Assembly: GCA_039801085.1 (NCBI GenBank)
Contig: JBDRTY010000001.1
Coordinates: forward strand, 445,538 to 509,537
Direction: 5' to 3'
Origin: a candidate division WOR-3 bacterium
Lineage (GTDB): Bacteria; Hydrothermota; Tepidihabitantia; Tepidihabitantales; Tepidihabitantaceae
Length of the DNA stretch: 64,000 nucleotides
The notes under the pieces were generated by a model. That model was not told where the DNA came from. It saw only the letters and a program-made list of their open reading frames with translations, and did no database searches. The position numbers and the translations under genes are program-made. Position 1 is the first letter of the stretch. Every line of letters starts with the position of its first letter. Of this stretch, positions 48,703-58,050 are shown in pieces.

Positions 48703-49949
48703 TGAGTTCGCAGGTTCTGTTAGTAGGGCTGGCGCGGTCACCTCGCCAGCGCTGGATTAAAGCCGATCAGCTCGATGAGCTCGCTCAGCTTGTAAAGACT
48801 GCGGGCGGCTCGGTGGTGGAACGGATAATTCAGATCCGGGAGCGACCGGACGCCGCAACGCTTATTGGTCGCGGGAAGGCGCTTGAGGTCAGCAGGCTCT
48901 GTGCTCAGTATGGAATCGATCTTGTGGTATTTGAAGATCTGCTTTCTCCAACTCAGCTCCGGAATTTGGAAGATATCATCGGGGTGCGGGTTATTGACCG
49001 GGAAGCGGTGATACTTGATATTTTTGCTTTGCATGCCCGGACTGCCGAGGCAAAAGTGCAGGTGGAACTGGCACAGCTCGAATACATCAAGACACGCCTG
49101 ACTGGTCTGGGTGTGGAGCTGTCACGGCTGGGGGGCGGTATCGGAACCAGGGGTCCAGGAGAGACTAAGCTGGAGATGGATCGGCGCCGGATTGAGCACC
49201 GGATTACCTTTCTGCGCCGGGAGCTCGCCCGGATTGAACGGGAGCGGGCGGTTCAGCGGAAAAGGAGGAGCAATCTGTTTCAGATTGTACTCGCAGGATA
49301 TACGAATGCCGGCAAATCGACAATTTTCAACCGCCTGACCTCTGCCGGTGCAAAGGTTTCAGATCAGCTGTTTGCTACTCTTGATGCAAACACCCGGGTC
49401 TGGCAGATTGACAGCCGGCTCAAGACGCTGGTGACCGATACCGTCGGATTTATCCGGAATCTGCCGGTTCAGTTGATTGCTTCTTTCCGTTCGACCCTTT
49501 CTGAAGTCCGGGAGGCAGACTTGATTATCCATGTGGCTGATATCAGCGATCCGCAGGTAGAGATGCGTATTGATGTTGTTAATGAAACACTCGCGGCAAT
49601 CGGTGCTGCTAATAACACCAGGGTTCTGGTGTTCAACAAGATCGATCGCGTATTTGATGAGTCGATAGTCAGCCGTCTGTCGCCCAGGTATCCGGATGCC
49701 ATTTTTCTATCAGCACTGACTGGTACCGGGCTGGACCGGTTGCAGGATCGGATAAGAAAAATCGTCGAGGGGCAGATGGTAATTCGCCGTTTTACTCTGC
49801 CGGTAAACCGTCCGGACCTTGTGGCAATGATACGTTCTGCCGGCAGAGTGCTTTCAGAAAGATCTGTTAATGGTACAACCCAAGTCCGCGTCCAAGGTTA
49901 TTCTGCGGACCTGGCAAGGATTCGGAAGGCGATAAAAAAGTTGCTCTGA
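48702..49949 (+). CDS. hflX: GTPase HflX
   Basis: HflX N-terminal domain plus G-domain (GYTNAGKSTIFN, DTVGF, NKID). Confidence 0.85.
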   Translation: MSSQVLLVGLARSPRQRWIKADQLDELAQLVKTAGGSVVERIIQIRERPDAATLIGRGKALEVSRLCAQYGIDLVVFEDLLSPTQLRNLEDIIGVRVIDREAVILDIFALHARTAEAKVQVELAQLEYIKTRLTGLGVELSRLGGGIGTRGPGETKLEMDRRRIEHRITFLRRELARIERERAVQRKRRSNLFQIVLAGYTNAGKSTIFNRLTSAGAKVSDQLFATLDANTRVWQIDSRLKTLVTDTVGFIRNLPVQLIASFRSTLSEVREADLIIHVADISDPQVEMRIDVVNETLAAIGAANNTRVLVFNKIDRVFDESIVSRLSPRYPDAIFLSALTGTGLDRLQDRIRKIVEGQMVIRRFTLPVNRPDLVAMIRSAGRVLSERSVNGTTQVRVQGYSADLARIRKAIKKLL

Positions 49950-49954
49950 ATCCG

Positions 49955-50140
49955 TTACTCTACTTTGATTGCACTTGCCGGGCAGTCTTCCGCTGCCTGC
50001 TGCACGCAGTCTTCTGCTGCTTCGGGCACAATCTCCACCTTTGCCCGGGCAAGGTCGCCATCCAGTTCAAAGATATCTGGACAGGTGTCGACACACAGTC
50101 CGCAGCCGGTACAAAGTTCCCGATCGACCGATACCTTCAT
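49955..50140 (-). CDS. Small [4Fe-4S] ferredoxin
   Basis: 61 aa with a CTGCGLCVDTCP cluster motif plus a distal Cys. AAGGAGG SD and a TTGACA promoter upstream. Confidence 0.65.
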   Translation of the reverse strand: MKVSVDRELCTGCGLCVDTCPDIFELDGDLARAKVEIVPEAAEDCVQQAAEDCPASAIKVE

Positions 50141-50203
50141 GTTATTCCTCCTTGAATTAAAGTTTATATTTAATAGCGAAAGTAGAACCGGTTGTCAAGA
50201 AAA

Positions 50204-51311
50204 TTACGGGCGGACAGCACCGGTGTGCTGACGGTTGAACCGGGTGAGATAGGCGCGGACAAATTCATCAATTTCTCCCGACAGCACCTTTTCGACATCC
50301 CGGGTTTCATAACCCGTGCGATGGTCCTTCACCAGCTGATAGGGAAAGAGGACATAGGAGCGGATCTGGTGTCCCCAAGCGATATCGGTTTTTGCGGCCT
50401 CAAATTTTTCCAGTTCTACCCGCTGCTGTTGACGGTAGTAATCATACAACCGGGCACGAAGGACCTTGAGGGCATTCTGTTTATTCTGGAACTGGGAACG
50501 CTCGTTCTGGCAGGTGACAACGATTCCGGTCGGTATATGAGTAATCCGGACCGCCGAGCTGACTTTGTTGACATTCTGACCGCCGTGCCCGCCTGCCCGG
50601 AAGGTGTCGATCTTAAGGTCATTGGGGTTCAGTTCCACTTCAATTTCATCCACTTCCGGGAGCACCGTTACAGCAGTGAAGCTGGTGTGGCGTCGGCGAT
50701 TGGCGTCGAAGGGCGAAATCCGTACCAGCCGGTGAACTCCCATTTCCGATTTAAGCAGTCCGTAGGCGTAAGGACCACTTACTTCGATTGTTGCATCTTT
50801 GATCCCGGCTTCTTCGTTGAGCTGTAAATCAAGAATTTCGTATTTCAGTCCCTGATTTTCAATGTAATGGAGGTACATCCGGAACAGGATTTCCGCCCAG
50901 TCACAGGACTCGGTGCCCCCGGCACCAGGGTGGATTGAAAGGATGGCATTTCTGCTGTCTTCCGGAGAATTGAAAAGTGCCCGTTCTTCGAGCTGGTTGA
51001 ATTCTTTTTCCACTTCCCTGAGCTGCGAGGCAAGTTCGTCAGCGATCTGGGTATCGGTTTCTTCGGCGAAAAGCTCCTCAAGTTCCCGGATTTCGTTAAT
51101 TTCCCGCTCCAGTTTTTCCATCCGACTGATCAGATCGTCCAGCTGGGCAAGCCGGCGCATCACTGTTTGGGCGTTGTGCGGGTTGTTCCAGAAGTCGGCG
51201 GAGGCAGACTGTTCGCGCAGTTTTGCGCGTTCGTTGCGCAGTTTTTCGATTTCAAAGAAATGCCGCAAGGTCACGGAACCGTGCGGCAAGCTGATTTAAC
51301 TGTTCGGACAC
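50204..51311 (-). CDS. prfB: Peptide chain release factor 2 with a programmed +1 ribosomal frameshift (CTT TGA A)
   Basis: SPF motif (RISPFD) and GGQ. The in-frame CTTTGA lies at about 51252-51257. The 0-frame N-terminus from GTG at about 51311 reads (M)[18 protein letters not shown], which aligns with RF2 N-termini preceding the shift site. The track ORF (TTG start at 51289) covers only the post-shift frame. Confidence 0.8.
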
Positions 51312-51320
51312 GGCGACAGT

Positions 51321-51542
51321 TTATTTCTTTTCGCCGGTATCGGCGTTCTGCTTGTAACGGCGCCGGAATTTCTCCACCCGGCCGGCAGTGTCGACAATCT
51401 TCTGCTTGCCAGTGAAAAACGGATGGCAGGCAGAACAGATCTCGACATGAAGCTTCGGTTTTGTGGAACGGGTTTTGAATGTGTTACCACAGGCACAGGT
51501 GACAACACACTCACCGTATGGTGGATGAATTTTTTCCTTCAT
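51321..51542 (-). CDS. rpmE: 50S ribosomal protein L31 (zinc-ribbon type, CxxC...CxxC)
   Basis: MKEKIHPPY...CACG...[10 protein letters not shown] classic L31. Confidence 0.85.
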   Translation of the reverse strand: MKEKIHPPYGECVVTCACGNTFKTRSTKPKLHVEICSACHPFFTGKQKIVDTAGRVEKFRRRYKQNADTGEKK

Positions 51543-51556
51543 GGTATGACTCCTTT

Positions 51557-52828
51557 TTAACTTTCACTCATTGATTCCAGAAACTCTTTATTATTCCTGG
51601 TCAGGCGCATTTTGTCAAGGACGAATTCCATCATTTCCACCGGATTGAGTTCGGCGAGGAGTTTGCGCAGCACCCAGATGCGGTTGAGCTCAAATTCATT
51701 CAGCAGCAGTTCCTCCTTCCGGGTGCCGGAACGCTGGAGGTCGATGGCGGGAAAGATCCGGCGGTCTGCAAGCCGGCGGTCAAGAATGAGCTCCATATTG
51801 CCGGTCCCCTTGAATTCCTCAAATATAACCTCGTCCATCCGCGAGCCGGTTTCAATCAGGGCGGTGGCAATGATCGTCAGACTGCCACCTTCTTCAATAT
51901 TTCGGGCAGAGCCGAAGAATTTTTTCGGTTTCTGCAGGGCGTTGGAGTCCAGACCGCCGGAAAGGGTGCGGCCTGAATGAGGCACTACCAGGTTATGGGC
52001 ACGGGCAAGCCGGGTGATGGAGTCCAGCAGGATGACAACATCATGTTTGTTCTCCACCAGCCGTTTCGCCTTTTCCAAAACCATATCAGCAACCTGGACA
52101 TGGCGTTCGGGGACTTCATCAAATGTTGAGCTGATGACTTCAGCTTTAACTGACCGTTCCATATCAGTTACTTCCTCCGGGCGTTCATCGATGAGCAGAA
52201 TGATTAGTTTAATTTCCGGATGATTCTGGGTAATGCTGTTGGCGATTTTCTGCAGGAGCACGGTTTTTCCGGCCCGGGGCGGGGAAACAATCAGTCCACG
52301 CTGTCCTTTGCCGATCGGGGTGAAAAGGTCAACGACTCGCATTGAGAGGTCGTTCTTTTCCGGAATCTCAAGATGGATGCGTTCCTGAGGATAGAGCGGG
52401 GTTAATGCGTCAAAAGGTATCCGGGGCCGTTCTTCGGTCAGGGGCGTGCCGTTTATCGTTTCAATTTTCAGCAGGGCGAAATAGCGTTCGCTGTTCTTGG
52501 GCGGACGGGCGATGCCGGTAATGGTATCACCCGTGCGCAGTCCGAACCTCTTGATCTGCGAGGGGGAGACATAGATATCGTCCGAGGAAGGCAGATAGCT
52601 GTATTCCGGTGAACGCAAAAATCCGAACCCATCCTCAAGGATTTCCAGCACGCCATCGACCTGAACCCCCCCCTCGTTTCCCTCTGTTGCCCGCTGCCGG
52701 GCTTCCGCCTCAAGTATTGCCATAATCAGACCGGGTTTGCGTTTTTCCCGGTAATCAGGAATCCCGAGTGATTCGGCAATCTCATACAATTCGGTTATTT
52801 TCTTGTTTTTAAGCTCTTCCTGTGTCAT
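51557..52828 (-). CDS. rho: Transcription termination factor Rho
   Basis: N-terminal RNA-binding OB fold, Walker [14 protein letters not shown]- and R-loops; 423 aa. Confidence 0.9.
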   Translation of the reverse strand: MTQEELKNKKITELYEIAESLGIPDYREKRKPGLIMAILEAEARQRATEGNEGGVQVDGVLEILEDGFGFLRSPEYSYLPSSDDIYVSPSQIKRFGLRTGDTITGIARPPKNSERYFALLKIETINGTPLTEERPRIPFDALTPLYPQERIHLEIPEKNDLSMRVVDLFTPIGKGQRGLIVSPPRAGKTVLLQKIANSITQNHPEIKLIILLIDERPEEVTDMERSVKAEVISSTFDEVPERHVQVADMVLEKAKRLVENKHDVVILLDSITRLARAHNLVVPHSGRTLSGGLDSNALQKPKKFFGSARNIEEGGSLTIIATALIETGSRMDEVIFEEFKGTGNMELILDRRLADRRIFPAIDLQRSGTRKEELLLNEFELNRIWVLRKLLAELNPVEMMEFVLDKMRLTRNNKEFLESMSES

Positions 52829-52938
52829 ATTTGCTCCTTACTGACCGGTTTTGTTTCCCGATAAACGAAAAAGATGTTAACCGGGAATTACCAACTAAAA
52901 ATTGAATCTTGCCTCGGATGCCATCAGAATTCAAAATC

Positions 52939-52966
52939 ATTATACAAAATGGTAAACTGGTGTCAA
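52939..52966 (-). promoter_or_regulatory. Putative sigma-70 promoter for rho (TTGACA-16-TATAAT on minus strand), about 110-nt leader to the TAAGGAG SD
   Basis: Consensus hexamers read on the reverse complement. Confidence 0.4.
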
Positions 52967-53238
52967 GAAAGTCGCCCGTAATTTAACACCCATGTTTTCG
53001 ACCATTCAACTCGGTTACGCCTGATATTAATGTAATGGCATCTTTTACAGAGTTACTGAGTTACTGATAAAATGTATCATTGCATCAACAGTTACATGTC
53101 TCATGCAGTGATACACTGCATACGTTCTAGATGACGACCATATTTTCTATTTCATTGATTCTGAATAAGATAAGCTACCAAATTCAGGCTGGTACGGGAG
53201 TTGCATGCTATATAATGGTAATTGTGTAAGGAGTTTAA

Positions 53239-53397
53239 ATGTCTCAATTCTGGGAAACAACATACACCGAATACGAAGATTCGTGGGTGGCATTCGTAAC
53301 CGGTTCTATATGGGACGGTTGTGAGTGGTTGGGATGCCCCATTAATGGTGAGCAGGGTCAGGGGCTGACCCTGCTCACCTTATCCTGCATGGTCTGA
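53239..53397 (+). CDS. Candidate small ORF (52 aa, Cys-containing) with a strong SD, in the AT-rich region upstream of rho
   Basis: TAAGGAGTTTAAATG. An extended -10 (TGCTATATAAT) lies about 20 nt upstream. The ORF overlaps the 3' end of the convergent MTH1187 gene and the terminator hairpin. Below the track's length cutoff. Confidence 0.25.
   Translation: MSQFWETTYTEYEDSWVAFVTGSIWDGCEWLGCPINGEQGQGLTLLTLSCMV
53347..53379. terminator. Perfect 15-bp stem hairpin (GGTGAGCAGGGTCAG-GGG-CTGACCCTGCTCACC) at the 3' end of the minus-strand grx/FTR/MTH1187 operon
   Basis: Read directly. It overlaps the last codons of the MTH1187-family gene. Confidence 0.45.
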
Positions 53398-53648
53398 TTT
53401 CTGTCCCTGCGGTCATCTATCTTGATTGTTGTAACCAGACGCTGACATCCCATAGCAGCCAGCCGGTCATGAATCTTTTTTAAAGTAGAAAAAATCTCAT
53501 CCCACTCGCCTTCGACACATGTGCCCATGGGATTTATCGAATAGTTCAACCCGCTGCTTTTTATTATTTCCACTGCGGTGCGAATGTATTTACTCACACC
53601 GGGATTTCCCGTGCCTACTGGAACAACACTGATTTCTACGATCAGCAT
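53358..53648 (-). CDS. MTH1187/YkoF-family (UPF0045, thiamine-binding-like) protein
   Basis: MLIVEISVVPVGTG...SKYI...NPMGTCVEGEWDEIF pattern of the family. Confidence 0.6.
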   Translation of the reverse strand: MLIVEISVVPVGTGNPGVSKYIRTAVEIIKSSGLNYSINPMGTCVEGEWDEIFSTLKKIHDRLAAMGCQRLVTTIKIDDRRDRNQTMQDKVSRVSP

Positions 53649-53651
53649 CGC

Positions 53652-54170
53652 TCAAATAAAGCGTTCAAAACGCTCTTTTCCTGCCTTGCAGATCGGGCAT
53701 TTTCCCGGAGGTTCCGGACGGGCGCACAGATAGCCGCATACTTTACAGCGCCATACCGGCAGCGACAGTTTTGTCATTTCCCCGGTGTTCGTAACAGGTG
53801 CCGGTTCGGCATAACCGGAGATGAAGAACTGAGCCGGTCTTCTTTCAGGTATTGAACCTTTCCGGATCCTGCCTGCGATCCAGTCATCAGATACATAAAG
53901 AGCACAGTAGCAGGCACCGAACTCCTCCAGATCGGCATCGCGGTAATAACAGGGGCAGATGATGTCAATGTCTTTTTCCTTGTCTCCCAGCGCAAGTCGA
54001 CACGGGCAGGCACGGTAACCGTATCTTTTTTCATTGGTCAGCAGGGCGGCAACCAAGCCAAGCGTGAAATTCCGGTCTGGATTCAGGTTATAGCCGGCTT
54101 CTTCCGCTTCTTTTTTCAGTTGTTCGTAAAGCTTGACGACTTCAGGCGGAAATTCTTCAGTCATATTCAA
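53652..54170 (-). CDS. Ferredoxin:thioredoxin-reductase-like catalytic subunit fused to a C-terminal rubredoxin domain
   Basis: FTR-type CPC...CPC..C.C motifs (YRACPCRL...IICPCYYRD...GACYCALY). The C-terminus has WRCKVCGY...CPICKA rubredoxin-type CxxC pairs. Confidence 0.6.
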   Translation of the reverse strand: MNMTEEFPPEVVKLYEQLKKEAEEAGYNLNPDRNFTLGLVAALLTNEKRYGYRACPCRLALGDKEKDIDIICPCYYRDADLEEFGACYCALYVSDDWIAGRIRKGSIPERRPAQFFISGYAEPAPVTNTGEMTKLSLPVWRCKVCGYLCARPEPPGKCPICKAGKERFERFI

Positions 54171-54448
54171 ATCTCCAGCAGTTCCCGGATTCTTTCTTCA
54201 TCATAGCCGACGACTACCTGATCATCAATTTGAATTGTTGGAAATGAGCCGCGGGGATTGAGCTGGCGCACACGTTTGATGATCTCCTCCCGTTCCGGTC
54301 CGGATGTGAGATCAACGTCGATGAATTCGTATTCGATCCCGTTACTGTTGAACAGCTCCTTGGTCATCCGGCACCAGCCGCAGGTGGACAGCGCAAATAA
54401 GATAACTTGATGTTTGTTGTTCTTACCGCTGATTTTCTTAAAAGGCAT
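54167..54448 (-). CDS. Glutaredoxin-like protein (thioredoxin fold, CGWC active site)
   Basis: [18 protein letters not shown]...[16 protein letters not shown] is Grx/NrdH-like. 4-nt overlap with the FTR-like gene. Confidence 0.6.
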   Translation of the reverse strand: MPFKKISGKNNKHQVILFALSTCGWCRMTKELFNSNGIEYEFIDVDLTSGPEREEIIKRVRQLNPRGSFPTIQIDDQVVVGYDEERIRELLEI

Positions 54449-54460
54449 GAGCCTCCCTTC

Positions 54461-54994
54461 CTATTTGTCGATTTTACCGCCGCATTCGGGGCAGACCGTG
54501 GTGTTCCGGGGCAACGGTTTGCCACAGTGCGGACAGAAGTTTATCTTGGTCTGGCAGGGCTGGCAGACTGTTTCTCCTTCCGTAAGCGGCCGGTCACAGT
54601 AGGGGCAGCGACAGCCAGTTGCACTCTGCTGCCGGCGCTGCAGATAGTCCTGGATTGCAGCGTGAAGGGCATCAGCACCAAGATTGGAACAGTGCATCTT
54701 ATTAGGTGGCAGGCCGCCGAGTTCCTTTGCCACCTGCTCATTGGTGATCTTGAGCGCTTCTTCAATTGTCTTGCCCTTTGCCATTTCACTCACCATTGAT
54801 GATACCGCAATTGCAGCACCACACCCGAAGGTTTTAAACTTGACATCGGTAATTATGTCATTTTCCACTTTGATGTAGAAGGTCATCATATCACCACAGA
54901 CCGGATTGCCAACTTCGCCGACTCCATCCGCATTTTCAATCTCCCCAACATTACGGGGGTTGCGAAAGTGCTCCATTACTTTTTCTGAATACAT
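54461..54994 (-). CDS. Fe-S cluster assembly scaffold (IscU/NifU N-terminal type) with a C-terminal 8-Cys zinc-ribbon extension
   Basis: NPVCGDMM...FKTFGCGAAIA...HCSNLGADAL scaffold Cys triad, then CRCPYCD...CQPCQ...CPHCG...CPECG. Confidence 0.8.
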   Translation of the reverse strand: MYSEKVMEHFRNPRNVGEIENADGVGEVGNPVCGDMMTFYIKVENDIITDVKFKTFGCGAAIAVSSMVSEMAKGKTIEEALKITNEQVAKELGGLPPNKMHCSNLGADALHAAIQDYLQRRQQSATGCRCPYCDRPLTEGETVCQPCQTKINFCPHCGKPLPRNTTVCPECGGKIDK

Positions 54995-55003
54995 GTCTGC
55001 TCC

Positions 55004-56227
55004 TTAATTTTCTTCATGATAATGATTTTGTCCAGCTTTGAATTCATAGGGGTTTTCTCCCCGGAGATAACGGGCGTAAAGCGGGGAGATGCTGCGCAGA
55101 CGGCTGACAATCGGTGGCAGCTGGTCAAGAAAATAGTCAATGTCTGCGTCGGTGTTGTCCTTGCCCAGTGTCAACAGCAGTGAGGATTGAGCGACTGCAT
55201 GGTTAATGCCCAGCGCCAAAAGCACATGTGAGGCTTTGAGGGTGCGAGCGGTACAGGCGGAGCCGGAGGCAGCGGCAATTCCCGTATCATCGAGGGAAAG
55301 CAGCAGTGCTTCGCCTTCTACAAACTCTATGCACATGCTGACAACACCGGGCAGTCTGTTGACAGGGTGTCCGGTGAAGATAATTCGTTCAACGCGGGTG
55401 GGCAGTTCCTGATACAGACGTTTACCGAGTCGGTCGAGGTTTTTCCGCCAGTCGGGGAGATGTATCTGGGCGATTTCTGCTGCTTTGCCCATTCCTGCTA
55501 TGGCTGCAACATTCTCAGTTCCGGCGCGACGTCCCTTTTCCTGAAATCCGCCTTCGATCAGAGGGTTGATCCTGGTGCCGGGTTTGAGATAGAGGATAGC
55601 TGCCCCCTTTGGACCGTAAATTGACTGGGCAGAGAAGGTATAGGCGTCCGCTCCCAGCCGGGCGACATCAATCGCAATTCTGCCGACTGCAGCAGTGCCG
55701 TCCGAATGAAACAGAATTCCCCGCTCCCGGCAAATTGCAGCCAGTTGTTCAACGGGCTGAATCGTGCCGATTTCGTAATTCGCATGCATCACCGAGACCA
55801 GAATCGTGTCCGGTCTGATTGCTTCCCGGAGCTCCTGCGGGTCAACCCTGCCCCACTGATCAACCTTCAGGGTGGTAATTTCAAAACCGAGTCGTTTGAG
55901 CGTGCGGGTTTGTTCGATAATCGAAATGTGCTCAATAGCGGAAATGATGATATGTTTTCCTTTGTTCTGATGGGCAAGTGCCAAGCCCTTTAGTGCCAGA
56001 TTGTTGCTCTCAGTTGCAGAGCTGGTGAAGATTATTGATTCCGGTGCTGCATTGATGAGTCGAGCGACCTGATTTCTGGCCTGTTCGATTGCTTGACGCG
56101 GCGGGTCACCGAATCGGTGCAGGCTTGAGGGATTACCGAATTGCTGATTCAGATAGGGTTGCATTGCTGTAACCGCTTCGGGCAGGACCGGGGTGGAGTT
56201 TGCATGGTCAAAATAGACGGGGTTCAT
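55004..56227 (-). CDS. Cysteine desulfurase (NifS/IscS, class V aminotransferase)
   Basis: PLP lysine region (SFSAQSIYGPKG) and active-site Cys (SGSACTA). Confidence 0.85.
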   Translation of the reverse strand: MNPVYFDHANSTPVLPEAVTAMQPYLNQQFGNPSSLHRFGDPPRQAIEQARNQVARLINAAPESIIFTSSATESNNLALKGLALAHQNKGKHIIISAIEHISIIEQTRTLKRLGFEITTLKVDQWGRVDPQELREAIRPDTILVSVMHANYEIGTIQPVEQLAAICRERGILFHSDGTAAVGRIAIDVARLGADAYTFSAQSIYGPKGAAILYLKPGTRINPLIEGGFQEKGRRAGTENVAAIAGMGKAAEIAQIHLPDWRKNLDRLGKRLYQELPTRVERIIFTGHPVNRLPGVVSMCIEFVEGEALLLSLDDTGIAAASGSACTARTLKASHVLLALGINHAVAQSSLLLTLGKDNTDADIDYFLDQLPPIVSRLRSISPLYARYLRGENPYEFKAGQNHYHEEN

Positions 56228-56259
56228 AACTATTTGACTCCTGATGCTGCGCAGGAGGT

Positions 56260-58050
56260 TTACATGCGTTCCATGACTTCAATTCCTAGGAGTTTCAGGC
56301 CGGTTCTGATGACGGTGCCGACCATTTCCACGAGCACCAGCCGACTGCGCTTCAATTCCGGGCTCGGTGCAGTCAGGACCGGAATGCGGTCATAAAAAAC
56401 TGAAAAATCACGGGTTAAGCGGTAGATACGATTGGCGATACGATGAGGTTCATAATTCTGGGCAGCTGCGATTACAGCATCCGGGAACAGGGCAATCTGT
56501 TTAAGCAGATTTAATTCTTCCGGGGCAACGAGCGTTTCCGGGTGGAAGTCCGCAATTTCCGGGTTGCCCGCCTTTCTCATGATTGACCGGGTGCGGGTAT
56601 AGGCATACTGCAGATAAGGGCCGGAGTCACCGTCAAGCGCAAGCATCCGGTTCCAGTCAAAGACTACCTCCTTCACCCGGTTCTGGGAAAGATCAGCATA
56701 CTTGATGGCACCGACTCCGACCCGGCGGGCAATTTCCTCCTTTTCTGATTCGGGCAGGTCGCGTCCCTGAATGATTGCCATTGCCCGTTCGATTGCTTCA
56801 TGAATTACATCTTCCAGCAGGATGAACCGGCCGGCACGGGTGGAAAGCCTGCCTTCGGGCAGACGGATGAGACCGAAGTTCACATGGATGCAGGGGACGT
56901 CATAGCCCAAAAGTTTCATTGCGGCACTGAACTGCTTGAAGTAGAACTCCTGTTCATTGCCGACCACATAAAGAATCTTTTCCGGGTGCCATTCTTCAAT
57001 CCGGTATTCTGCGGTGGCGATTTCTCTGGTGGCATAGAGGCTGGTGCCGTCCGATTTCTGAAGAAGCAGGGGAACCTTGATACCAAAACGGTCAAGCGGG
57101 ATCAGGACCACTGTTTCCTCTGCACTAACCGTCTCTTCACCGGCAGTCACGGTAGCAGGCGGTTTTTCCCGCCGGGCAATTCCGAGCCGGAGTGCCCGGT
57201 TAATAACCGATTGCAACCGGGGGGCATAGAAGCTTTCGCCGAGGGTGTGATCAAATCGGACTCCAAGCAGTTGATAAACCCGTTCAAATTCCTGCCGACT
57301 CAGCCGGACAAACTCCTGCCAGCGGGTACGGGCGACCGGATCACCGGTCTCTAGTCGCCGGAACCATTCTCGTGCCTTCTTTTCGAGCTCAGGTTTTTCT
57401 TTTGCCTCCTGATGAAACCGGATATATAGGTCCAGCAGGTGCCGGGTGGAGCTGCGGCTCAGTTCCGCGGCATCCCCCCACATTTCATAGGCACAGAGGA
57501 GTTTGCCAAACTGGGTTCCCCAGTCACCCAGGTGGTTGTCACCAATCACCCTGTAACCGAGAAAGGAGTAGATGTTGTAAAGCGCCTGACCGATCACAGT
57601 TGAACGGAGATGGCCCACGGAAAAGGGTTTGGCAATGTTCGGGGAAGAATAATCGATGACAATGGTCTTGCCGGTTCCAAAGGTGAAACTGCCGTAGCGT
57701 TCCGGTGACTGACCCGAAAACCCCGGTGAAATCCCATGATAATCCTCAAAGACCCGACGGGCCAGTTCGTAGGGCTGAAACTTGAGGTTGACATAGCCGC
57801 GACTGGCACTGATGGCTGCAAATGGTGTGCCGGTAAGATTCAGTGTTTCTGCAATTTGGTGCGCCAGTTCCTCCGGTGATTTGCGGACTGTTTTTGCCAG
57901 TCTGAATACTGGAACTGCCAGATCGGCATCAATTTCAGGTTCTCCGGTGCGGATTTCTGCCGGCGTCAGTTCCAGCCTGAGTTCTGCAAACCGGTCGGAC
58001 AGGAGCTGGCGGCAGCGGGCAAGAAAGTAGACCGCCGGTATTTCGGTCAT
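56260..58050 (-). CDS. argS: Arginine--tRNA ligase
   Basis: PNIAKPFSVGHLRSTVIGQAL HIGH-region variant, C-terminal DALR anticodon-binding domain. Start moved to Met47 of the track ORF (about 58050), which removes a Cys-rich unlikely extension and gives an ATGA overlap with the macro-domain stop. Confidence 0.85.
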   Translation of the reverse strand: MTEIPAVYFLARCRQLLSDRFAELRLELTPAEIRTGEPEIDADLAVPVFRLAKTVRKSPEELAHQIAETLNLTGTPFAAISASRGYVNLKFQPYELARRVFEDYHGISPGFSGQSPERYGSFTFGTGKTIVIDYSSPNIAKPFSVGHLRSTVIGQALYNIYSFLGYRVIGDNHLGDWGTQFGKLLCAYEMWGDAAELSRSSTRHLLDLYIRFHQEAKEKPELEKKAREWFRRLETGDPVARTRWQEFVRLSRQEFERVYQLLGVRFDHTLGESFYAPRLQSVINRALRLGIARREKPPATVTAGEETVSAEETVVLIPLDRFGIKVPLLLQKSDGTSLYATREIATAEYRIEEWHPEKILYVVGNEQEFYFKQFSAAMKLLGYDVPCIHVNFGLIRLPEGRLSTRAGRFILLEDVIHEAIERAMAIIQGRDLPESEKEEIARRVGVGAIKYADLSQNRVKEVVFDWNRMLALDGDSGPYLQYAYTRTRSIMRKAGNPEIADFHPETLVAPEELNLLKQIALFPDAVIAAAQNYEPHRIANRIYRLTRDFSVFYDRIPVLTAPSPELKRSRLVLVEMVGTVIRTGLKLLGIEVMERM

